Translations under genes and position numbers: made by a program | The notes under the pieces: model-generated | Seen by the model: the letters and a program-made list of their open reading frames with translations, nothing else | The model's database searches: none | Told to the model about the DNA's origin: nothing | Shown: in pieces, positions 25,988 to 41,567 of the stretch | Numbering within the stretch: the first letter of the stretch is position 1 | Layout: the number at the start of each line of letters is the position of its first letter | Source of the DNA: Eledone cirrhosa | Lineage: Eukaryota | Direction: 5' to 3' | Assembly (NCBI GenBank): GCA_964016885.1 | Contig: OZ024740.1 | Span: forward strand, 56,916,001-56,980,000 | DNA: 64,000 nucleotides

Positions 25988-26684
25988 GCTCAAGGAAGAA
26001 ATTCCGAGTTGTTTATAACACAATAAAAAGAGAAACACACATATATCATATATATGTGTGTTCAAATCATAAGATGTCTAACCAGCTTCTGTCTACCAGA
26101 TTCCATACAAATGAAAGCTGGAATTTCATGTTTGCGAAGCGAACGTCTTAACTATACAGCTCTGCTTACTCATTTCTTCATTAGTGTCGTCGATACAATA
26201 TGTCGACTTGTTATTCCATATTATGTGTCATTATGACAGCCTAGTTTGAGAAATTACCTCACATAGGCAGCACAATGGTGATAAAGGATTCCATCACACT
26301 ACTTACTATCACTAATGGTATTCATGTTTCAGAACTTATATATCAGCAATTAATTCTTTGTCTCTCTAATTTTCTTTACGTCTATTTTACCAATTTTCAG
26401 CCTCCTGAAAGGCATTAATATAAAGCTATTTGAATAAAAGGAAAGTCATTAATATCTCAGTTCTAAAGGGTCTCATAAATACACCAGATAATCCCTAATA
26501 CACGATTTGTATAAAATTCCATATTCAGGGTTTTGTCTATGAAATATTAATAAAGCTATAGGGAATGCGTGTTCTTTTTTAATGAGAATGCATTAATTCC
26601 AGTTTCTCTATAGTGTTTATCAGAAGTAGAAAAGAGAGGGAGGCAGGCAAGGTACATAGAGTGAAAGAGAGTGAGGTAAAAGTG

Positions 26685-26742
<58 letters not shown>

Positions 26743-26859
26743 TCATTTCTGATTTTTGCGTTTCGCTTCGCTTTTCCTGCCCGCCGAAATGCGATTCTCG
26801 CTGAATCTTTATTTGTATATATATATATATATTATATATATACATATTTATATACATAT

Positions 26860-26930
<71 letters not shown>

Positions 26931-26939
<9 letters not shown>

Positions 26940-28184
26940 AATGAATAATAACAGGTAGACATCATAAAAAGGTAATTTATTCCGTGTGCTTACAAATGTT
27001 TCCACGGTGGTAATACAGCCTAGTTATGCTATGTGCAAATTTACAACTATTTGCAGAACTCAAATATCAAATGCTGTGACCACTGTATCCTCAGAGCAGA
27101 ATGGTTAAAATGTACAATGTAAATACCCTTAAGTGGGGTTATTGGAGAAGATAGAGTAGAAAAGGAAGAGAGAAAAGTAGGGGAGAGGGTGAGAGTGAGA
27201 AAAATATGCAGGGGTTGGAGAAATAGGAGAGAGTGGTTTGTAGATATCTTAATCAAAATGTTATGGTAAGGGTTTTATTATACTGGTTACTTTTAGAGAG
27301 ATGCGTTGATAGTCAAGGTCGGAATTATTTATTGCCTCAGAGGGCAGGTTCATAGATGTGGAGAGGGAAGGAGGTAGGCCAAAGGTGAGAGAGAGAGTGG
27401 AATGGATGTAGGGAGAGAGAGATAGAGAGGGGACAAACGAAGTCTATGTGGTGGGTGAACTTAGGGTTCGTAGTAGTAATCTGCGAATTGCACTGAGTTA
27501 CCATTTATAGTGATAAGCAGTGTATTGTCTTGTAGTGTGGGTGAAGAGAAGGTGGTTAGCTAGAAAGCGATGTTATAGTTACGGGTTCGAATGTTAAGTT
27601 ATTTTATAATGAGAGAATTTAGCTTTTAGTTTGTGGTTGCAGTATAATGATCGTTCGATTCTATCGTTAAGTAGTTTGTTTTGGGATTTTAATATGTAAA
27701 ATAGTTCAAGGTTACATAACCTACAGTACTTCAATCCACTCCGGTATGCACTTGCGCTGGAAAGTATATCCCATTTTAAGGTGAACTGTTGGTTTCGTTC
27801 ACGGAGTTGCCAGGTCTTGTTGGCGAGCGTGGTCACAAAACGGTGATCAGGATGTTTGATTGAGAATCGATGACGGTACCAGCAAGATTTAAACGAGGTG
27901 GTGGTAGATCCGATATAATACCATTTCTGGTCGTTCGATTCAACCGTGCATTGGTAAACAATGTTGGACTTTAGGCATTCATTCTTCAATGGACATCTTT
28001 CAGGTAGATGGCAGTTACATTCTTTGTTGTGGGTAGCGGGTATACCATGGATAGGTTGTGATAGCAGTACAGGTGGGTTGTGTAATACCAGTCTCTTGTG
28101 TAATACCCGTCTGGAAACATTTGTAAGCACACGGAATAAATTACCTTTTTATGATGTCTACCTGTTATTATTCATTCTTTATAT
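26931..28184 (-). mobile_element. 5'-truncated Naiad-type PLE (GIY-YIG + 3' UTR) with a ~73-bp inverted copy of its 3' end
   Basis: ORF 27594-28130: ECNCHLPERCPLKNECL..IVYQC..YYIGST..CRLCNLE; 28112-28184 is the reverse complement of about 26931-27004. Confidence 0.85.
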
Positions 28185-28321
28185 ACACTCCGGAATACAG
28201 AAGGATCAGGAACTAAGTTTCTTCAACAATTCTTCCATAACTCGTAGAGTAACCTCTCACCGTACGTCAACCATATCCAGTGTAGTAATTAACCATTACT
28301 ACATCTAGGATAATCCTATAC

Positions 28322-29588
<1,267 letters not shown>

Positions 29589-29897
29589 ATTTGGAGAAAT
29601 ATGTTACTGTTTATGATCTGTCTTATCTTCTGTTTATATTAAAGTTAAAATAAGAAATAAACTTTCTAGTTAAATAAACTCTAGTTGAATTGTAATATAT
29701 TGACGATAGTATATCTTTACCATAAGAACATGATCCCTATTACACACGGAGCTGATACAATGTAAAATTAAGTGACTAGTCCTGATATAGGTGCCATAAA
29801 TATGTATTCTCAACACCTCTAAATATCTTACCTCTTCAGAATAATCAATATTCTTAATTATATTTTTGATGTTTATTAGATTAAATGTGTTAACACA

Positions 29898-30138
29898 ATA
29901 CCGGTCGCTCTCCGACAGGTTTGCGGTCGTACCCCTGGCAGTGGAGACTTCTAGTGTCCTCGGCCCCAGAGCTACCTCCTTACTCACCACCATAGGCCCT
30001 AAGCTGGCCAGCCGCAGATGTGAGCCCCGCGAGTTGGAGTGGCTTTTCCAGCGCGTCTCCTTTGCCGTCCTCCGCGGAAATGCCTTCTCCATTCTGTCCG
30101 CCGGGGCTGTGGGTGGGCGCCATCACGTACCGTTGTAG
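29898..30138 (+). mobile_element. 3' fragment of the CRE-like family seen at 205-1067
   Basis: YRSLSDRFAVVPLAVETSSVLGPRATSLL..WLFQRVSFAVLRGNAFSIL. Confidence 0.85.
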
Positions 30139-31292
30139 TTGTTGTATACAGATATTAACTCATCAATTCCATTGTCCTAATAAACAATAGAAGGATCTAG
30201 CTTCAATAACTTATAGTCTTGTTTGTAAATATGATATTTCGCTTCCTGTTGTTTTGAGTGCTTCATACATTTCAAATATAGGATATAATACACATCTTGA
30301 GCTTTATAAACAATATACGCATTTAAACGAAATTGGTTTTCAATGCTTTAATATAAGGACATTGTTTTGATAATCCCTTCTATGTTTCTATACCTTCCAG
30401 TCTCCTGTATCTGTTTATTATCTCTTTCTTTTTCCATTTTCTCTTCTTACCTCAACGAAAGCTGATTATTCAGCCGCTGCTGCTAGTAGTGCTGTTACTT
30501 CTACAGCCACAACGACCACCACTACTACTACTACTACTATATTTTATTTGCTATCCTTGTTGCTAATATTCAATTGTGCATCTTGACAACTGTTATTAAC
30601 TTCCTCATCACTTGCGGCAAAATCCACTTCTGACCACTACTTTGTTGGCCGATTCAGCAGCATTTTGTTGTTGTTGTTGTTCTTGTTGTTGTTGTTGTTG
30701 TTGTTCTATTTCGCCAAAGACCCGAAGAAAGGGAATAGAGTTAATAAGTCCCTGCTACTTACTTTTCCTTTTCTTTTAGACGAAAGACAAAGTTTACCGC
30801 AGTTGGATTTGATGAAACATTTAGTTTGTCATTCTATCTTTCCTTTCAAATCATCTATCTATCTATGTATCTATCTATCATTTGAGATAATATTTTACGC
30901 GTTTTTAATGTATGTAAACTTCCCCCTTTGTATTTGTCCCCTTATTTTGTGCCCCTGTGGCTAATAAAGAAACATATCTATCTATCTATCTATCTATCTA
31001 CCTAATTATATATCAATCTTTCTGTTTCTCTATCTCCTTTGCAAACATACAATATAGAATGAATGGCATTCAGTTGGTAGAGGATAAAAAAGGGAAGCAT
31101 TGATGACACTGCACTATGCTATACAATGTAGTATAGCACTACTGCGTTACACAACGCTACAGATCTGCACTCTATAACATCACCATCACGCTTGGAAATA
31201 TTTATCGGAAAAGACGAAAGTTATGTTGACATTTGTGTCTGAAATTGCCAGACACAAATATTCCGTGAAACTGCTTACAACTAACAGTAAGA

Positions 31293-31359
<67 letters not shown>

Positions 31360-31525
31360 TTTTAATATTGACACAATATTACACAGCACCAAACCGATGA
31401 AAAACAATGTGGTCTCCAGCGAGACTTGAACTCAAAATGTAGCTAAATACCACGAAGCATTTTGTCTGACACTCAAACATGTCTACCAATCCACTACTCA
31501 AGTGGCAGCAGCAGCAGCAGCAGCT

Positions 31526-31556
<31 letters not shown>

Positions 31557-32607
31557 CAGCAGCAGCAGCAGCAGCAACACAAACAATTAATATCCTATAG
31601 AAACGTCACAAAAGTTATCACTACAAAAGATGTTAGATTCAAAGTGTGAACACTATATTGTTTGTTGTTGGTGGGTAAACATATCATAGAGAATATTCTT
31701 ACGCACCTATCCAACCGTTAGTTTTATCTGAGACACACTCTCTCTATTGAAACTACGATCGCGTATTGATGTTATAAATAAGATTTAACTCTTCAAAACA
31801 GCGACACTAAACAATTTGCGAGTTGTTTCTTTGCTTTGGTTTCATGTGAAGGACGGAATAATATTTTGATTATCAAGGGATTATGATTGAGATATCACAT
31901 CAAACAACATCATTGGATAACATGATAATGTGGATTATGCTTAATACCGTACATAAAACAACGTTTTCTGGATTCAAAGATTGAAAACTATTATCGATAT
32001 CATTTATAAAATTACATATTTTCTTTTATAAAAAGAATGAATGCCATCCATCGTATTCTATTTTATCCATGTGTTGATTATTTTTTAATAGAAAAATAAA
32101 CCCCTGGTTTTTATCTTAAGAGGTCTTAATGTAATTAAATAACATTCTACTACTTTTAAAAGATATTTAAATAATATTTAAAAGAAAATTAATGTTACTT
32201 CGCACCAGACTATCCGATGATATACTATTTAGTGATGTAATAATACCAATAATATTAGAATCAAGAAAGAAAAAGTTAATTGAAGTATCGATATCAGAAT
32301 ATTAGTGAAAAACATTTAGGAGGTTTGAAATAAAATAAAAACTTTAAATGATGAAACTAAATACTTTAATACTATGGTCTACCGTTTCTGTTTAACTCAC
32401 TGAACATGACTAGTTGTATAATATATTATCTTGACATAAAAACCAAATCATTAAAAGTTTTATATATTGCATCGATTTTCAATAAATGTCTGTAATATGT
32501 TATTTTATTAACTTTAAAGTGATCAAAGATAAAGTTATTTCAGACGAATTTGTATGTAGAACTTTTAAACATGTGCTCTGTCATTGTTCAAACTCCTTCC
32601 TCAATAA

Positions 32608-33812
32608 TAATTCTTTCTGACATTGGCACAAGGCCAGCATTTTGAGAGAAGGCGAAAGTCAATTATATTGACTTCAGTATTTAACTTGTTCTTTATTTTA
32701 TCGACATCGGTAGAATAAAAGGCAAAATTGACGTCGGTAGAATTTGAACTCAGATGATAGAACGTCGTTACTAAATACCGCATAGCATTTGATCCGACGT
32801 TCTACCTATAATGCCAATCTACCGACCTAATCCTTCCTCAATAATAATTATTGTTTTTAATTTTGGCACAAGACCAGTAATTTGAAGGGGAGGGAAACAT
32901 CATTACTAGTATTTTATTTTATGAACTCCGTAAGAATGAAAGGCAAAGCTAATATCATCGGGATTTGAACTCATTCTCCAATAATAATAATTGTTTCTAC
33001 TTTAGGCCAGCAATTATCCAGTACATTACTGGTACTTTATTTTATCGTCCCCGTAAGGATGAAAGGCAAAGTTAACCTCGGCGGGATTTGAACTCAGACT
33101 GTAAAGGGACGTAACTATGCTAGAAAGCATGGCGTCTAACCCTCTACCAATACTGCCAATTCACCGCCCAATAATAATAATGGTTTCTGATTTAGACACA
33201 GGGCCAACAATTTTAAAGAAGGGGAAATTCGATTAAATTAACCCCAATTCGTTACTAGTCCTTTATTTTACCGACCCCGTAAAGATGAAAGTCAAAGCTA
33301 AACTCGACGGGATTTGAACGCAAAGGGCCAAAACTCAATGCTGAAAAGCATGGTGTCCGACGCTCTACCGATACGATACTGCCAATCCACCGCCATTCCA
33401 ATTATAATAATGTTTCGACTTTTTGCACAAGGCCAGCAATTACTCCCAATGCATTACTGGTGATTTATTTTATCAACCCCGTAAGGATGAAAGGCAAAGT
33501 TAACCTGGCAGGATTTGAACTCAGAACGTAAAGGGCCATAACAATGCTGCAAAGAATAGTGTTTGACGCTCTACCGATACTGCCAAATATAATATAAATG
33601 ATTTCTACTATATGCAAAAAAGCCAGCAATTTTGAGGGAGAGGAAAGTCGATTAAATCGACTCCAGCGCATAACTGATGTTTTATTTTATCGACCCCGTA
33701 AAGATGAAAGGCAAAATTAACCTTGTCGGGGTTTTATAATACAGTATAAAGAACCTGTACAAATACTTTAAGGCATTTTGTCCGACACTCTAGCCATTCT
33801 GCCAATCCACTG
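32608..33812 (-). mobile_element. Head-to-tail cluster of about 6 SINE family A copies
   Basis: Core aaggatgaaaggcaaag..gatttgaact recurs near 32720, 32935, 33055, 33280, 33485 and 33700, with taataa spacers. Confidence 0.85.
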
Positions 33813-35170
33813 TATTTCTTTTCCTTTATTTAATCCCGAAAGACAATAACATGTGCCATCATTCATACATATCATCATCATCATCATGTCGTGTTTTCTC
33901 ACACTACATTGATAATTATACCTCTTACTTGTCCCTACCCAGCATGGCTTCAACGAGTTCATTTTTTTTAAGATTCATGTCTTTATACAATCACATTCCA
34001 GAAAAGCACCATGAGACTGACCTCTTCTTCTTCTACAATGTGTGAGTTCCCATAAAAGTTACTGGTATAATACCTCTGCCTGATCTCTTTGCCATTCATA
34101 TAATTACATGAAATGTTACAGGCTAGGAGGAGTTACAAAAAATGGGTTGGATGAACAATACAAATTTATACTAAATTGCGAAGAGCAGTTCAAGAAAATA
34201 ATACAAAGACATTTTAAATGTTTTTGTTGAAATATGAACATACAATGATCATCACCATCATGTCGTGTTTCCTCGGACAACGTTGATAATTATACTTGAG
34301 AAAACACACAATAAATAAAACAAGTTATTATTTTTTTAAAGGTACATACACAATTATTTGCGTTCGTATAATGGATAGTGAACAGAGACATGGAACTCAC
34401 AAAAGTTGTATGCAACAAAGGTCTACATTTAGGTGATTACATCTAGTAGCGACTTTGCAATACTGGAGCAGCTTTTGATTATTAATATAACACGAGTCTT
34501 CATGAATACAGATCTCAGAAACGACACAAAAGTGATTGTCACAAAAAAGAACAACTCGGGTAGACAGACAACCTGGTTCGAATAACTGATACCGTCCTTT
34601 CAAAACGATTGAAAGAAGAAACGCTTCAAGGACATGAAGTTTTGCTACATGGACAGAGAAAATGGGAATAATTGGCGACAGACTGTCTAAGGCGGAGAGA
34701 ATCAGTTGATTTGAGAGTTGAACACTTTGTAAAGGGAAAAGGAAAGAACATGCCACTGAGTGTAGTCGCCTAAAACTTCCGATGACAACCATGTTCCGGC
34801 GTCAAGTGTTCCAGTTGTCCGAACAGAATAGCCTGCTCGTGAAAATAAAGTGAAAATTTGTGAGTATTTCAAAAAATAGATTTTCCAACAAATCTATTTC
34901 CTTTCCAAACCCACGACGATGGATGTGAAATCTGAAATATCGGGACGAATAAATCTATTTCAGGGTAATGTCATCTCTGGTTTTAATTTCTTTCTATATT
35001 TCTCATCCTCCTTACCACCTTTCTTCCTATAGCCATCTGATTTTGTTACCCGGAGTTTTATCCATCTGCATTGAAGAGGATTTCAAAACGACCATTTTTC
35101 AAATTCCAAAATGATTCAAGTAAACTTAAACACTCTCTTACATACATATATATATATGTGAGAGTGTGTT

Positions 35171-35223
<53 letters not shown>

Positions 35224-35373
35224 CCTTTCCCCACTTAAAAAAACCTTCAAAGCACAGCCATTGCTTCTTCAGGATCTGTTACAGGTTCGTGTGGCTGGCC
35301 ATAGCCTGAAAATGCACCAAACTCTGTAATCTGACAAGCGATTTCAATACTTTTAGCAGAGTTTGCAGCCATC

Positions 35374-35410
<37 letters not shown>

Positions 35411-35754
35411 TGTATATGTATATGTATATATGTATGTATGTATAACAAAACTGGCATGGCTTAAAGAGACTGTTTGCATAATTGCAAACGAATCAAATAT
35501 TATTATTAATATTCGAAAAACTCACATTATATGTATGTATCTATATATATATATGTGTGTGTGTGTGTGGTGGGGGCTATAACTCCTGATGAAATCGAAG
35601 GGGCGCTGCAGTAACATACAGAGTGTCTTTGGCATTTTATGCCTTGCAGCGTCCATCTTCTCTCCAGGTCTAATCACAGCCGATTTTTTCCAGTGAATGA
35701 AAGAAAAGGACTGACAGAGAGAGGAAATGAGAAAAGGATATAGATGAAGTGATA

Positions 35755-35902
35755 TACTGAACTGGCATTCTTTTTATCGACCTCAAAAGGATGAATGGTA
35801 AAGTTGGCCTCGGCGAATTTTGAACTCAGAGCGCAGAGACCCGGATCGAATACTGCAACGCATTCTATTCAACGTCCCAACGACTCCACCACATTGTCGC
35901 CA
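35755..35902 (-). mobile_element. Degenerate SINE family A
   Basis: tttatcgacctcaaaaggatgaatggtaaagttggcctcggcgaattttgaactcag. Confidence 0.65.
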
Positions 35903-36033
35903 CTCTGTCTCTCTTTCTCTGTGTGTATGTGTATATATTATAAATATTTACAAGTTCTCTCTTGTACACAACAGATCAATGTTTAAATGTAACAACGATA
36001 ATTCTAAAATGATTTTAATTACATAAAATTGTA

Positions 36034-36852
36034 TACGAGGTGGGTCAGAAAAGTTCCAGTCACAAAAGATTTATTTCAAACCCAAACTTCACACTAAGAG
36101 TTTTCTCCTTCAAAGTAATCCCCCTGGAGTCTAATGGACTTTTCCATCCTTTTCTGCCACGCTTGCATGCACTCCTGGAAGGATTCTTCCGGGATCCTCC
36201 ACAGTTCCGTCGTCACGGCCTTTTTGATGTCGTCCACGTCTTCAAAACGGGTCCCCTCCGGGTCGTACTCGAAGATCGATGACTCATCACCGGTGATGAA
36301 TGTCCCTAGCAAGTCTGGTTCGGTTTCAAGACGCTCGAGGATGTCCTAGCACACTTGCATGTCCAAATCTTCAGTAAGAATCTTCCAGACGCTGTCCCGA
36401 TTTATGCCCAGCTCATTTGCCATCAGTCGAAAAGTCAGCCGACGATCGCTACGCACCATCTGCCTGACGCGCTCAACGTTGACCTCAGTCCTGGTTGTTG
36501 AGGGCCTTCCGCTCCTGGGGTCATCTTGCACCACTCAAAAACATGTGAGCGTGACATCGTCTCATCTCCATACACTTGCTGCGGCAATCCCAGTACTTCT
36601 GACAGAGTTTTCCTCAACCGTACCAGAAACTTCAAGTTTGTTCGTTGCTCTGTGCTCATTGCTTGACGACCTGAAACAGAGGACATGTATATAAAATTAT
36701 GAAGAAAAATGTTTGATCGCTGCAGAGAGCTAAGATTACGCTTACATACTCCAGGGGGGTTACTTTGAAGGAGAAAACTCTTAGTGTGAAGTTTGGGTTT
36801 GAAATAAATCTTTTGTGACATCAGTCTTGGAACTTTTCTGACCCACCTCGTA
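36034..36852 (-). mobile_element. Internally deleted mariner transposon with ~100-bp TIRs and TA target duplication
   Basis: TIR tacgaggtgggtcagaaaagttcca.. / ..tggaacttttctgacccacctcgta with TA on both sides; EQRTNLKFLV..VYGDE..VFEWCK, DDPRSGRPST, ITGDES.IFEYDPE fused to GTRFEDV..GDYFEG. Confidence 0.92.
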
Positions 36853-39800
36853 TATGAATTAAATGAATGCGTTGCGAAACATATTTCTAAAGCATATTCA
36901 TCAAACGGGAGAAGCTGTATATGGTCGCTCGCCCTGCTAGAAATAGCAACAAAATCTTCCACATACACTCACACACGTTATACTGCCATTCAATTATGGC
37001 TGCCGTGGACCTATACAACTTTAACAAAACCTAATAATTAACAAACTATGGATCCTTATGGGGTATTATTTTAATATTCATTGAAAAATTATGATATTGT
37101 TTCAACACAAACAAATATTTACGCATATTTTATATATAAATGTAATTACATCACTATGATGATACAGATGAAAAAAAAATGTAACCTAACGTGCGGATTG
37201 TCTTTCTCAATAACAATCCTTAGATTAAACAAGATAAAAAATCTTTTTAATGCTATTCAAAGAATGTTCTCAAACTGTTGATACGATATACAGTTCGCTA
37301 ATTCTCAAGTATACCTTAAAACTTATCGGAAGACGAATTGGAAACTTAAATTAAATCTGACGTACTAGATATTTTATTTACTTTATAGCAGATGCCTTAA
37401 GCAATGCACAATGCTAACATTCACACGTGAAGAGGTGTCTGTGAAACAGTTAATATAAAACGTTAAATTTTCCTCTAAGTTATGTTGTATTTTGATGTGA
37501 GAATATTATATCACTGAATGAGAGAAGAGGGGGAGAAAGTGAGAGTGTGTGTGAGAGAAAGAGTGAATGATGTGATTTAATATATATTGATAACCGTCAA
37601 ATAGAGAAAGAGAGATGAGATTTAAAATAGAAAAAGTAAGTTTGAAACTAAATACTATAATTCTATACGCTACCATTTCTACTGAACTCACCAAGTATAA
37701 CTAGTCGTAAAAAGATGTCTTAGATATCAAACCAATTGTTAACCTGATTGAATTTGTGTCCAGTAAATGACTGGGATTTGTTTTATTGTCTCTGTAGTGA
37801 GACAGGGAACAGTTAGCTCATAATGATAGCACGCCTGTCAACTTTTCCCGTCCGACGGGGAGATCTCTCACCCACTTTGGAGCGGGTAAGAGATGTCTTC
37901 ACTTGTGAAAATGGGTATAGCTTTCATTATGAAAAATCTCCCCATTTTGCCTCATTTGTCCCCGTTTTGCCAACCTCAAATTTTATTTCCTATTCACAGT
38001 ATTCAACCATTTGTGGTTGTTTCTGATGTTGAAACAATGAAATCAACCATTTAACTAATGAAAAACCTCTAATCACATGGTTCTATGTTTTTCTATCTCC
38101 CCAACTATTGGTGGCGACAACAACGACAACGACATCAACAACCATTTCTTCATTTGTCTGATGGATGTGGGGGCACACTACAAGGACTCACTGAAAAACG
38201 GTGGTGGATTATAAAAAGACAAAAAAAAACATGGAAAACAGCAGAATAGTAAAGAGATATTATATTAACGAATATCGTCGTTGGTAAGGTCTTAAACATT
38301 TCAGAAAGGGTTAGGGCTATCAAATGAAGACTTCGAAAGCCATTCTTCATGTATTTCAGCTGTTGATATCACCAGAAAGTTATCCTACATAACACCACTT
38401 CATTTACTTTACCCGTAATAAATATGAGTTCTTATGTCAGTGTTGTAGGTAAACCATTTATCGACCATTAAAACATTTTCTTCGTAGACGAGTAAAACAA
38501 ATTCATGCATAATTCTAACATTGTTTATCAAAAATGACATAATCCATGCTATGACAAAACAAAATTACTAAAGATCGAAGAGTGTATTTGTGAGAGACGA
38601 ACAATCAATGAGAGAATGATAGAAGACAGATATGGTTTCAAAAATTCAGTATTGATTTCTTCAAAACGAAGACCATAAAATAGTTGAAATAATATAAAGA
38701 TAATGCATACATTATGCTAAAATAAATATGTATTTACATGCTTGTCAATGTTATTTAATCTGGTGACTAATTTCTTGACTGTAGTAAAACATCAAATAAT
38801 CAAGGTTAGCTGTTACATGAATAGAATTCAACAATTTGTTACAATTTTATAAATTTTTCGAATGTTTAAGAGAACAATAGGAGATATTTTAGAGAAAAAT
38901 AAACAAGTAAAACAGAAGTGCAAATATAATCATCTGACTTTAGAAAACGTGTTGACAGAAACAATATGCAAAAAAGCTATCGACACACACATGTTTTCCT
39001 TTCTTTTTAATATTAAATACCAAAACCAACATGTTATTGGTTATAATAATATATGCTGGGATTATTTAATCAACTGCATTTTTCCCTACAGTCTGTATTA
39101 ATTGTATATTATCGAAAGGAATATCTATACTGGAGTAAATTGTGTCATACATCTGGGATTGTACGTTCAACATGTCTAACCTAGCGTGCATACACATCTC
39201 TCACTGACACATCGACATTCTATGTCTTTCTTTTCATCAATGGTGTCGTCCCTCGGTTTCCATTCTGAGCAATCAGCCGTTCGATCAACTGAACCTTCTA
39301 CACTTTAGATTCTTATTTAAACTATCAGAAAAATCACCCTTTGGGTAGTTTTCTGCTAACATGTGTAGTGTGCATATTGAGATTATACGCAAATATATAT
39401 GCATGTAGATATGATACGTCAAATGAAATCGTAATTGACAATATGCACAGAAATTGAACAAAGTGTGTGTTGCACTTTCTTCTGTAATCAGTAAAGAAAT
39501 CCATAATACATTTATAAAAAGACGATATTATATATAAACTGCATACATAATAAACTAAAATGTTATGAAAACGAAAAAGGAGAAAATTAGCGACAAAAAT
39601 ATAAACTTTATATAACGATGCAAATATATGAACGATGTAATAAGTGTTATGATATAATTGACACTAACCGGAAGTGTTGACATTTGAAAATGTTAAAGAA
39701 GTGAATCTTAAAATAAGCAATACTTTGTGTATAAGAATATTTATGTTTAATCAAGAGCTACGAAATTTAGTAGATAAATTACATAATATTCATTCCCTAT

Positions 39801-39904
39801 TTATTCAAAGTAATCCAACTTACTTTACTGACGGGATAAAAAAAAATATAAAACGGAAGCTGTCCCGCACTCCTCCCTTTATTATAGTATAGATGACTGA
39901 GTAT

Positions 39905-40142
39905 TTCACAAAAACGTGCACTCTTAATGTAATTCTTATTCATAATATGTGACAAGGCTGGACATTTCATCAGACGGGCTTCAACACAGTTTTTATCTCC
40001 CCAATTTCAATCACAAGTCTTGGCTTGATGCGAAGCTATAATAAAAAAGAAACTCTTACCCAAGATATCAAGTAATAGGAACAAACACAGGAACTCCAAT
40101 TTTCAAAACAGATTTTTTTTATAATTCAGCTATGCATGCACC
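39905..40142 (-). mobile_element. Old tRNA-derived SINE, family B
   Basis: acacagtttttatctccccaatttcaatcacaagtcttggc..gctataat..cttacccaag, a degenerate reverse complement of 41568-41715. Confidence 0.5.
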
Positions 40143-40214
40143 AGGGTAGTATAACTTTATTAAGTGTTGGTCAATTCTCATAAAACATGTTTTATTTTAA
40201 ACAGTATTATGATA

Positions 40215-40700
40215 GAAGTATACTACAGTGTTAAAATTCTACATGGACACCAGGGTTGTCCACTAGTGTTTGTAATCATCAGGTTATATCCTCGTCTGAC
40301 TTCATTAGGAACCCAGGCGGTCTGTTCGACAGTACATGACGAATTATTTCCTCTAATCGAGTCAGAGTTTTGGTTTTATGCTATAAACCTCTTTCTTTGC
40401 CCACCCCTACAGGAAAACATCACATGGCGTTAAGTCAGGGCTTCTTGCTGGCCATTCATGTGGACCTCGACTACCCAGCCAATGTCCTCAAAATTGGACA
40501 TCAAGCCACTCACGGACAGTGCGTAGAAAATGATAAGGAGGATCTCATCATGAGATCATTGATGTTGTCTCAAGAGGTCACAGTAAGCCAACAGTTATTT
40601 TCAATAGAGAGTTTCTTTCCACCCACTCTGTACAACAAACAACTTCTGTTCTTCTTCTGTTGTACATTACTTTCGTCTAAATTCATTTGGCCCTCTCCAT
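40215..40700 (-). pseudogene. Decayed Tc1/mariner-superfamily transposase C-terminus
   Basis: VREWLD..GHWLGSRGPHEWPARSPDLTPCDVFL*GWAK..LEEIIR..LVDNPGVHVEF*. Confidence 0.75.
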
Positions 40701-41567
40701 TTTCTCTGTTCGTTCCAATCATTAAACTATTTTAATTTCTTTCTAATCTAATATTAACCTTCCTCTCGAACGTGACCTTATTACAAGCATTAAACTATCG
40801 ATATCTCACTATAGCAAAGTCTGCAATATGTGTGGGCATGATCTCATTTCTGCACTCTCATTAATAAACCCCCGAATTTAGCCCACTATAGTATATCCCC
40901 TTCATAAATATTAGACTTTCAGTAAAAGAAGTAATATTGAAATAGATCAGTAGATATAAAATGATATTATATAAAATAATTGTTTCTACCTTTGGCACAA
41001 GACCAGCAATTACCCCAGTGCATTACTGGTGCTTTATTTGATCGACCCCATATTTATTTATTTATTTATTTATTTATATATCTAATTATTTTGCTTTCAA
41101 CGGAAGATTATATCATTCGTAATTCAATAAACTAATAGAATATTCTTTAAATTTTATTTTATACCGAGAAAGAAATTCAGAATAGAACTATACAAATATC
41201 TGCTTATCTAGAAAAATAGGAAGTTGTCACTGATTATTGTTTAATAAATTGGACATCACAGCGTTCTTTGTTTTCTCTGTCACATTGTTAGCTAATTGGT
41301 AACACGTATCCATGTAGTGATAAAAGAACCAATCACAATAGTTGTTACAGCTACTGAGAGGAAATAATCAGCAGGCGACGACGATTGTAATAATGTTGGC
41401 GGCCACAAAACCATTCAATATTCAATTCAGACTTTCAATAGATTAATTGTAATTTCTGTATTAAAAATGGACTAGTCAACTTGCTCACAGTAAGAAAGAA
41501 AACCAAATACTGAAAACTAAATTAGAAAATATGTATTAATTAAAATAACAATATTATTATCGACGTA

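Noticed and set aside
32608-33812. CRISPR-like repeat array
   Set aside because: Eukaryotic context; units are ~200-bp SINEs with no short repeat-spacer structure or cas genes
35240-35280. Minus-strand ctgaaga-agca..tgct-ttgaagg
   Set aside because: Possibly a dead HHR, but GAAA and stem III are lost; too weak to call
35584-35690. ctgatgaaatcgaa as a hammerhead core
   Set aside because: No GAAA, stem III or stem I; looks like the antisense 3' end of a LINE-derived repeat
36860-39900. Host exons in the least repetitive stretch
   Set aside because: Only short ORFs with no recognisable domains; small exons cannot be excluded without RNA-seq
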